From Craspedostauros australis (taxonomy: Eukaryota): a stretch of 45,266 bases of DNA. The stretch covers positions 1-45,266 of the forward strand of contig JALAGF010004746.1 of the NCBI GenBank assembly GCA_030167865.1, given 5' to 3'. Both the position numbers and the translations under genes were made by a program. Positions 20,508 to 29,624 of the stretch are shown here, in pieces; the first letter of the stretch is position 1; every line of letters begins with the position of its first letter. Under the pieces are notes generated by a model, which was not told the origin of the DNA, did not search any database, and saw only the letters and a program-made list of their open reading frames with translations.

Positions 20508-23263
20508 CTTTACTGTCACCTTGTTGGTGTTGTGTGTATCTATAGTGCGGGGAGTGTCACAATATGATACTATTGAGTGGAGTACGGTATGGTATGGGAT
20601 GATACGATACGATACGATGGATGGAGCACTCGCACTCGCACGAAAACGAAGACGAGCACGAAGACGAAGTTGCCCAGCCTTCTCCACTCTTCACTTGACT
20701 TGGCTTGACTTGACGTCGAGTCTTTGGCAATGCCGAAGATGCTGAAGATACGTGAAGGCAGCCAATCTTGTGATCAATCGGATGATCGTGATCAAAGTTT
20801 GAGGACACTACAGAGAATGGTACAATGCTTCAAGCTCTTCTTGCACCAACTTCGCAGGCCTCCGCTTTGAGATCTCTGACTCCGTTCCACTGCTGCTGGC
20901 ACTCCACTCTTGGTTGCGTTTTCGATCGTTGGCGTCGTCAGTGCCACCACCAAACGTACTCGAATAGAGTATGGTACAATCGGTGCTTTGATGATGATGA
21001 CGACCAGCTTGCTCTGAGCTCGTTGCTCGCAGCTCGTGTGTTGATACCGACGCTGATGTTCTGATGTCCGTGCCAATACCGATGCCTCCAACAGTCCAGA
21101 GAGGGAGTGAGTGCCGTGTCAATCCAGTGACTCCTCGTGTGATTCCACGATGACCTCTTGTGCTCTATCCTCCGTTCTCTCGCTCTCGCACTCTCACATT
21201 GGCGCGAGCTACTGGCGTCACTTTCTTGCCCATACCTTCCTCTGCGACCATCGCACAAAGGGAGGTGTCTTGCCGGTACCCACACGCCAAAGCCATTGGG
21301 ACTTTCTTCCGCCGCCGGCGGGTGCAAAAATCCGGATCGGATTGGGTGTGTGACCTTTTGCCAAAGATACCATTTGCTGATGAGTCATGATGGTCGTGAA
21401 ACTGACCACTTTGACCACAAGCAATGACTTCAACCATGTCGGTCTTGTTTGTTCGTGTTTCATGGTCCGACCTGCGTACGTGTGGCGGCTTATGTTGACA
21501 TTTTGAGATGCAGTTGGTGGTCGCGTGAGAGAAAAAACGTGTCACCAATCTCTGTTTGTTGTTCTGCGAACAGTTTTTGTCATTGGTCGGTGTCTCGACA
21601 TTCCCAAAGAGTTGGGAGACCTCTGTGTGTTTTGGCGTGGGTGTTGGCGCGGTACAGGCAAGGTGATCAACGATGTGCTCCATGTTGTGCGGGCGACAAG
21701 GCTGGCGACGATGTGAGGAGGGGATGATAATGACGATGATGCTTCCTGCCGAAGGCTGTGTGGGGAGGGGAGCAATACCATAGACGTTCGGATACCTCAT
21801 ACCGGTACGACTATGAGCCGTGGGCTGCCTGGCAGGCCCCGTTGGTCGAAATAGAAGCCTACTGAGCATGGAACGAGGGCGGGACAGTCTGGAGAGAGAA
21901 CAAGGGAGAACCATGCCACTTTCACACTGAGTGAACGGCCTCCCCAGACGGCACCGTTTGACATACCTCGGTTTTGCCACAACGATGCACGAAACAGAAG
22001 GCATTCCGACCACGCGGGGGAGCATGTTCTGTACCTCTCAACGTGCCTATGGCAGCAGAGAGCGCTGTCTGGAACCGTCTTCGTGAATGGTATTGTTGGC
22101 ACTTGTCGCAGTTTCTACTTCCATCGTCTTCTGAGTTGACGGCCAAGTCAGTTCGAAGTTGGCTGTCGGGTCTGGTTGTTTCTTCCCATGTCTACGTATC
22201 CCAGTGTTAATCATGGTGGATAGAGCGGCTGCCACGAAGGCCTTCCGCAGGTCGAGCGCGCAGAAGAGCACGACATTCATTTTTCTGATTGCGCTGACGA
22301 TGGTGGAATCTGTATTCGCGAAACATAACCGCGTCCAGCAATGCCTGGTGGTGGTCTTTCGGGCCCTTCTTCCGACTTTCGCCTCCAATCGAAACTCCCC
22401 TGCTCTGGGTGTCTTGTGGTGGGTGGGCACTCAAGGCTCCCTCCCCTCTCTCTGTTGGTGTGAGGTACAAGAATAAAGAGCAGCAGCAGGGGTATGTAGC
22501 AGAGTAAGTAGCAGAGCAGGTGAGGCCGTCACCTCTGCGACGCTGTTCGTTGTTGCACGAATTGGACACGTTCTCCCGCAGAAATGAATGCGGTTGGGGC
22601 GTTGCAGCGTTCGTTGGGTTGGATCCTGGTCGCTGACCTCCAATTCCTTTTTACTACCTATCGTGGAAGGCTGGATCGCACTTAGCCTTCCCACGTTTTC
22701 GACCTTCGTGGTCTCTGTTTTGGGAATGTCCCAACCTCTTCCTCTTGACACCTCGTTATGTAGGTATGTCCACTGAAGCGGCGGGACGTGCAGCATCCGC
22801 TTCCTCAGCAATCAGCGGTGGGATGGTGCCGAAATGCGAACGTGGACTTTTGAGTCCGGGTCCAGTGGATGACGTGATTGCAAAACAAACATGAAGGGAG
22901 AGCATCAAAGATCGACCCGCCAATGCACACGTGGCCGTGCTTTCTATCCTGAACTTTTCGACTCTTCAATTGTTTGTTCTGTTGTGGCTGTGGCTGGCTA
23001 CACATCTGTCGTGGTTGGCCGTTGCTGCTCTGTGCGCCACCCCATGGCTCCTGCCCCAAGCACCACCATCGCCGCGCTCACTTTTCGTAAAACCGCCCTC
23101 GTGTGGCCACAACAAACGAAAGACCAACCTGGGACAGCTGCATCTTTCAATTGGTACAGCGAACATATCATCATCAGCATCTGCGCCTCCTTCGTCACAC
23201 CAAGTGCCAGTATTGCATTGTACTGAAGTTGACAAGTTGGTACCGTCCGCCTTGATTGCACAC

Positions 23264-23291
23264 TACCATACCATACCATACCATACCATAC
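23264..23291. repeat. (CATAC)n microsatellite
   Basis: taccataccataccataccataccatac seen directly. Confidence 0.9.
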
Positions 23292-23505
23292 AGCGCTCCG
23301 CTCCACTCTACACGAGTGCAACAGGTATCATCATCCCATCTCCGACAGCGATCGATACCCATTCCATCCACTCTTCTACGAGTACGATCTGCTCTACCGA
23401 TACATCGCACTGCCTCACAAAGAAGCCAAACCTTCCAACAGCAAGCTACTCGTACCTGTCCATACACTGGCTCGATTACACGCACGCGTACATCGGAGTC
23501 TCCAC

Positions 23506-24672
23506 ATGCAGCCTTCATCCATCATCCACCACCAGTCCGCCATGCCCGTTGCTCTCCAACCAACGGCATCACCAACTCTATCACCCAGCACCATGCCATC
23601 GGTGGACAGAAGAGAGCAACAGACCCAAGAGTTGTCGCCCCGCCAACCGACGAAGCTGTCATCCATCTGCTCCGTTGTCTCCACAACGTCTGCTACCTCT
23701 GCCACCTCTGCGACGTGCACGTTAGCGCCAGCTTCTCCCATGCCGGTGGCGAGCGCCAGAATGACGACGGCTGTGGGGAAGACCACGAGCACGAATACGG
23801 ACATGTCCTCTTCCGCAATCAATACGTTCCTTGACAACCTCCTCCTTAACTCATCCGCAACATTAGCATCACGAACGCGCAGCCACCATCCAAGCAAGCA
23901 ACAGCCTCATACCTCACGATGCCTCCAGGTCGTCGTGGACAACGCCAAGAGCAACAGCGACGTCCGCCGCAAGTGGAGAATCTCTGCCTCGCACGACGAT
24001 GATGACACGCGCAGCATCGGCTCCAGATGGAGCGACAGCTCTTGCTGCGTCACGTCCGAGTCCATGGTCATCCCCCGCAGGGCCGTCAGCTCTCTCATCG
24101 CCACGAACGCGGCGTCACCAGCCTCCGTCACGAGGACGACACAGTCGCTGCCGTGCCCGCCTCCGCTGATCCCCATGTCCCCGTCGGCCCGGTCCACCAC
24201 CGACAAAGCGCCCGATACGGAATGCCGCGACATTCCTCTTGCCGTGCCCATCCGGTTCCTGAGCGACAATGAAACGGACGATCACTCCTTGCCCGACGCG
24301 CCGCAACTCCACGTGTCATCCAACCCGGCGCTGAGTTCGGCGCTGATGAAGACCGTCGAGAAGCTGTCCGTACGCGCCGCTCTGGCCATGTCACGTCCCT
24401 GCGCCACACAAGGTTCGCGCATGGAGACGCTGGGTGTCATCGAGGAGGCCATCGAGCTGCTGCCATCGCGTGGGGCCGTGACGGACGTGTTCGGGACGCG
24501 GAGCCGGTCCACCGTGCTGGAGCATCCCGCCGAGAGCGCGGCCGATGCACGTGCTCTGTCCGACGCCATGCTGGCCGCGATCGATCGGCTGTCGGTGCGA
24601 GCAGCGTTGACGTTGACGAATTTTGATACGGTACATTCGAGTTCGGAATCCACCGGCACAGCCGGCGAGTGA
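23506..24672 (+). CDS. hypothetical Ser/Thr/Pro-rich protein with duplicated C-terminal helix, ~388 aa
   Basis: Long ORF with coding-like C/G third positions. It has an internal repeat ALSSALMKTVEKLSVRAALAMS / ALSDAMLAAIDRLSVRAALTLT and an AT-rich 3' flank. The start codon is uncertain. Confidence 0.6.
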   Translation: MQPSSIIHHQSAMPVALQPTASPTLSPSTMPSVDRREQQTQELSPRQPTKLSSICSVVSTTSATSATSATCTLAPASPMPVASARMTTAVGKTTSTNTDMSSSAINTFLDNLLLNSSATLASRTRSHHPSKQQPHTSRCLQVVVDNAKSNSDVRRKWRISASHDDDDTRSIGSRWSDSSCCVTSESMVIPRRAVSSLIATNAASPASVTRTTQSLPCPPPLIPMSPSARSTTDKAPDTECRDIPLAVPIRFLSDNETDDHSLPDAPQLHVSSNPALSSALMKTVEKLSVRAALAMSRPCATQGSRMETLGVIEEAIELLPSRGAVTDVFGTRSRSTVLEHPAESAADARALSDAMLAAIDRLSVRAALTLTNFDTVHSSSESTGTAGE

Positions 24673-25061
24673 AGTAGAGTGTCGGTGTTGGGATCCGCAT
24701 TCACATCGACATGTAGAGTACATAGAGCACGAGTAATACCATAGACCACAATACAGTGTACTGTAAGCAGTATTATATAATACATTGCAATGTGACAGCT
24801 AATACAATTAACACTAGCTATTGCATGAGGCAGAGACAGAGAGACCATTTAGAATGAGCAGTGCAAGGCAACAACCAAACACTGTACCACTCAATTGCAC
24901 GTCTTGTGTGATTGGAAACCTGAACGATCTATTAGAATACTGTGGAAGTCTCTATCGGTGCACCTCAAGCATCGTTTCCTTATGACTGGGCAGACGACAT
25001 ATGTGCTTCCTTTTTTGTGAGTGTGTTTGTGGCTATATGCGCGTGAGTACTCTAATCTACT

Positions 25062-26504
25062 CTATCTCGGACCCACAGCGTACGACGATGGCAACGCAAA
25101 GTTGGGACCATCGTCTTCGGTATCTTGAAACTGCTGCTGCTGCGGTTCGCCAACCCGCATGACGTTCATGCCGCCATCGCGCACGACGGTGCTGCGCTTG
25201 GCCTTCTGGATCATGTGGGCCGAGGCCAGGATCTTCTCGACACCTTCCGTCGTGACCAGTCCGCCCTCCATCTCCTCCTTTTGCTCAGCATCCTCGAGAC
25301 GGATGCGCCTTCGCTTCTTGGCGAGGCGGCACAGGCAGAAGAGTGCCATGGCGCTCATGACGAGGAGGGCGGCGCCGGCGAAGCGCAGGGCGTTGGGTGG
25401 CACGTTGGATTCGAGGTCGTTGGTGTAGTACTCATCATCGTAGCCGTCGTCGTTTTCCGTGACAGTGGTGTTCTTGACGAAGACGTCGGCCTCGTTGCCC
25501 GGTATGCTGAGCTGGGTGCCTGGGTAACGGGTCTTGAGGCTCTTCTCGAGCTCTCCGGACTTGATGTACTTGTCGAGGGTGAATTGCGTGGAGGTTGTGA
25601 GACGCAGCAGAGCCTCGTCCTTGCGGGTCTTGTCTCCATCCTGAATGTGCTCCTGGTCCACGTCGACCACGGGGTAGCGCAGGGTCCAGGCCGTGTACCT
25701 GATGCTGGCGCTGGTCTGTCCCGGATCCACGACCGCGAAGGGCGTCTTGAGGATGGCGGAGCGGTCTCCGGCGATCTCGCCGAGGTGACGGCGGGCGTTG
25801 GCATCCTGCAGCGATGCCGTTCTTCTTCGAGCCTGCGTGCAGATGTCTACGTCGGTGGTGGAGATGGACTCGTAGAGCTCGAAGTCCCCGGTCTCGCAGA
25901 GGACCTCCTGGAAGCTCTCGATGAGGCCCTTGGAGAGGACGACGTCAGCCTCGGCCGGATCGACGTCCTCGTTGAAGATGGAGACCCTGAGGGCCATGTC
26001 ACCAACCACGGCGGCGCTGTACTCCGTGGTGGGCGTTGAGGTGGGCAAACCGGTGGGTTCTGTGGATGGCTGGACCGTGTCCAGCGTGGTTGGAGCCGAT
26101 GACCTGGTGATGGATGGCTTGGACGTTGGCATGGAGGTGGGCGTTAATGTGGGAGCGCCGGTGGGCTTGTAGGAAGGAGAGGTGGTCGGAAGCAGCGTCG
26201 GCGAGACGGTTGGCAGGTCCGTGGGGGACGCTGTTGGGTTGCTGGTTGGCATGCGCGTTGGCCTCCTGGTCGGTCGGCTTGATGGAGAGCCCGTTGGGCG
26301 ACTTGTGGGCCTGCTGGTTGGTCGTTGGGTTGGGGAGCTGGTGGGAATCGTTGTGGGGGTGCTCGTCTTGTCCTTGTCATTCTTCTCATCCTGGGGGTCG
26401 TCGATGACCTCATCCTTGTTTTCCAGCACAATGTCCTTGTCATCCTCCAGGAATCGCACTGCGTCGTCCCTGTCTCCGTCTCGTTCTCTGCCTGCTTGCG
26501 TCAT
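25062..26504 (-). CDS. type I membrane protein with PT/PS mucin-like tetrapeptide repeats, extracellular globular domain, single TM helix and cytoplasmic tail (5' end uncertain)
   Basis: About 25 PTxx/PSxx units (PTSSPTQRPTSRPTSRPTGSPSSRPTRR...). TM segment ALRFAGAALLVMSAMALFCLC is followed by the stop-transfer RLAKKRRRIR. No signal peptide is visible, and there is an in-frame stop just upstream of the ATG. Confidence 0.72.
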   Translation of the reverse strand: MTQAGRERDGDRDDAVRFLEDDKDIVLENKDEVIDDPQDEKNDKDKTSTPTTIPTSSPTQRPTSRPTSRPTGSPSSRPTRRPTRMPTSNPTASPTDLPTVSPTLLPTTSPSYKPTGAPTLTPTSMPTSKPSITRSSAPTTLDTVQPSTEPTGLPTSTPTTEYSAAVVGDMALRVSIFNEDVDPAEADVVLSKGLIESFQEVLCETGDFELYESISTTDVDICTQARRRTASLQDANARRHLGEIAGDRSAILKTPFAVVDPGQTSASIRYTAWTLRYPVVDVDQEHIQDGDKTRKDEALLRLTTSTQFTLDKYIKSGELEKSLKTRYPGTQLSIPGNEADVFVKNTTVTENDDGYDDEYYTNDLESNVPPNALRFAGAALLVMSAMALFCLCRLAKKRRRIRLEDAEQKEEMEGGLVTTEGVEKILASAHMIQKAKRSTVVRDGGMNVMRVGEPQQQQFQDTEDDGPNFALPSSYAVGPR

Positions 26505-27852
26505 GGTCAGTATTGGTGGTGATTCGATGGTCGCTCCGTGGTTCAGTCAGAGTATGTGGTAGGGCAAGGGGAGGCAGAGCGGTGCTTGTACTCGACCCAG
26601 CAATGATCTCTGAGAGTCAGCAGAGATTCAGAAATGAGGCAATGCTGCGGCTTTTGTGTGATGTGTGATGGCACCTCGTTCTGCCGTCCTTCCAGTTGCG
26701 TTGCGTTGCGTTGCTTCCCTGTTGGGGGCGTTCCTGCGTCTGTCTTTGTGATCAGAACCCTGCAAGTGACGATCGTTCGTCCCTTCGTTTGTTGGTTGCT
26801 TGATCGATTGATTGGTTGGATGTTCTGCTTCCGCTTTCTTTCAATGGGATGCACAATGCTCAAAGATGCTTTCGTCGCTCGACTCAGGTCCGCCGTCTTT
26901 GCTTGACTTTGCTCGGCCAATGCTGCTTGCCCTTCGATGGAGATCGATGCGGCTTGGCTTCACTTGGAGTCGATGCGGAGTGGTGTGGAGTGATGTGGAG
27001 TGATGTGAAGTGGAGTGGGATGGAGGCAATTGATTTCAACTGAGATGATCCAGAGAAGTTGAGCGGGTTGAGCCGACTTCGTTTGTGTTTGGGTTGAATC
27101 GGACTCGCTTTGGCGCTCTCGTCTCCACTCACATGAACTGCACACAAATCAACGAAGGACGACTACTTTTGGTGGCAACAACGCGCACGCCAAAATTTCA
27201 AGAGTTGTGACGGTTGACCCATCCAACACACTTTCTCATGTTGTTGGAACGCGCCGTGCCGAACGTGCGCGTTGAGTTCCAGCCATTTAGCAGCAACGAC
27301 CATGTACATCCGTTATAAACGGTTATTCCGTCTTTGGTGTAAGATTCCCACGAACTCGCAACCGATACGTAAAACGTGTTTCGAAGTACCTCGAGTCACG
27401 GATAGTATAAACTCACAATAGGAGTCTAGACTGACAAGAAGCGATTGCTTTGAACACAACAACGACGATGAACACGTTTTGGATCCACGATACGAGTACG
27501 AACGCCAACACATCAACAACCAACTCAACACTTTTGGGGCAAAACAGAACCAAGGCGCCACCACCATGGCCGATCAGAGTCAGCAGCGTCAACATCTCGC
27601 TGACTGGCCATCACCGTTGCTCTTGGTTGCCATTGAAGGAGTGGAGTATTGGTAGATAGTATAATACGATCTGTTCTGGGTTATATAATATTCTATTATA
27701 ATACGATCTACAGCATCCTCGTCTACTCGTACACACGAAGTCGAGAGCAAGCAGTGCCACAGGCCATCCATCGCTATCCGCCACACAATTTCAAGCCAAA
27801 CACACGCACAGCCACACGCACAGCCACACGCCAGATACACTATTCCGCAACC

Positions 27853-28380
27853 ATGAAGTTCGCCTCCTCCCAACCCGCAACCCTGCTGGCCGCCGTCATG
27901 ATCGCCCAGCAGACCACGGCATTCGCACCACGACAGATGCCATCCTCTGCGGCCACACAGCTGCAGGCATCCAAACAATCCTTTTGGGCACCCGTCGCTG
28001 GCGCCCTCGTGGGACTTTCCCTCGCATCACAAATCGCCGGTGCCGAGATGCCGCCAGCACCCATGCCATCCATCGTGGTGGCCGACAATCTATCATTGGA
28101 TTTCTCCATGCCGTCCTACAATCCCACCAGCAAGTCCACAGGATTCGGCGACGGCACGGAGGCCTACCTGTCCACCAAGACCAGCGACGGCAGGCTGACG
28201 GATCCAGGATCGGATGAGCGTCAGAAGCAGATGGAATCCATGAAGAAGGCCGAGGAGGCACGCAAGGTGAGGTTGGCGGCCGAGAAGGAAAAGCAGAAGG
28301 AGCGCGAGGCGGAGGACAAGATCCGCGCGGCAGCCAAGAAGGCCGAGCGCGAACGTCGTCTCAAGGGGATCTTCGATTAG
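27853..28380 (+). CDS. plastid-targeted, probably thylakoid-lumenal protein of unknown function, 175 aa
   Basis: Signal peptide MKFASSQPATLLAAVMIAQQTTA|FAP (ASAFAP-type site), then transit peptide ..ATQLQAS. A second hydrophobic segment FWAPVAGALVGLSLASQIAGA|E follows. The mature part has LDFSMPSY and an E/K/R/A helical tail. Confidence 0.8.
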   Translation: MKFASSQPATLLAAVMIAQQTTAFAPRQMPSSAATQLQASKQSFWAPVAGALVGLSLASQIAGAEMPPAPMPSIVVADNLSLDFSMPSYNPTSKSTGFGDGTEAYLSTKTSDGRLTDPGSDERQKQMESMKKAEEARKVRLAAEKEKQKEREAEDKIRAAAKKAERERRLKGIFD

Positions 28381-29624
28381 AGTTGCGCTGGGTATCGCAA
28401 TCACAGCTACCATGCATATTGCCTACCCGTATTGCCACGGTCAGTCGATGGGCGCAATGGACACTGCGCTCGTTTCCTTCCTGCAAGCACAAACCCTTCG
28501 CTTTGCTCCATTCTGCGAGCACGTCACAGCAACTGGTCACGAACCAGCGAACGCAAAACAGTGTGGATTTTAAGAGGAACCAGCACGATCAGCGGATCGA
28601 TGTGGATGGCATGGAGGGCAGAGACGAGCGCGTTGGACAGAGTTCCTTCGTCCACCAGCATGTCGATCAATTGGTTCTTGAGATTCCAGCTACAATGACC
28701 AAGGACCCTTTATGGGTAGAGCACGACCTACTTACAAACAGTTGCCTCCCCGAGAGCATTGATACCTATTTTAGGCAACGAACTTGTGGAGTACTCGGTG
28801 CTCCATGCTTTCATGAAAATCAGATCCGTTGTCGCATTCATTCGTGGACTTCAAGCTGTTGTGCTTTGAACGAAGACCGCGGCATCGTTACCATTCTCGC
28901 ACCAGCACCATCCAACTTGCTGTCCACACCAAATTCATCAAGGCACCCTTCCGCTGGGGAGTCTACAGCGTATCCTTCTTCCTGGTTGCCGCTGCTGGTG
29001 TCGCGCACTTTGGCGAGATTTGAATTTCTTTTGCAGCTGTGGATTTGATGAGAGACGTGGCGAAGAAACCATGCTCCGGATTCTGACGTCCTGTCTGGTG
29101 TTCTTGCCCATCGCCGTGATCGGTTGCATGTCGAACAACTACCTCATTTTCTGCCTGGGCATACTGGGATTTGTGGTTGAAGGTGCCGTGGTCGTCCTGC
29201 GTATCGCAAGGCACTCGCCCAACCTTGTGCAAGGGCTACTAGTGTTGTTGATAGTCCTGGTGCTTGATCTGATCGACGCATTCATCCTGCGCAAATGGAA
29301 TACCATCCCAGCCAGGATCGTCAATTGGTCCAGCCGATGCGCGGAATGGACTGCTGCTGGACGAGGAGGCGGGGCTGACTCGAGTTCCGCATCCCTGACT
29401 CTCCACTCTGCGTTGTCCATACATCATAAGCTAGCCTTATTTTTACCTCAGTTCCTGTCGGATATTTTATTATTTGAGAGAGTATGTAGAGCAGAGCAGA
29501 GAGAAGCATTTGTGTGCTGTCTCTTGTTTTGGTTGATGCACTGCCAACGCCAGCCCACACAGTATGTGTTGCTCAATCTATCGTTGCATCACTCATTTCT
29601 CTGCACGCCACCGTGTTCTACCTA

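Noticed and set aside
21165-22811. Cluster of 100-290 aa ORFs between the LRR gene and the S/T-rich gene
   Set aside because: No motifs or consistent frame; possibly degraded sequence, but unsupported.
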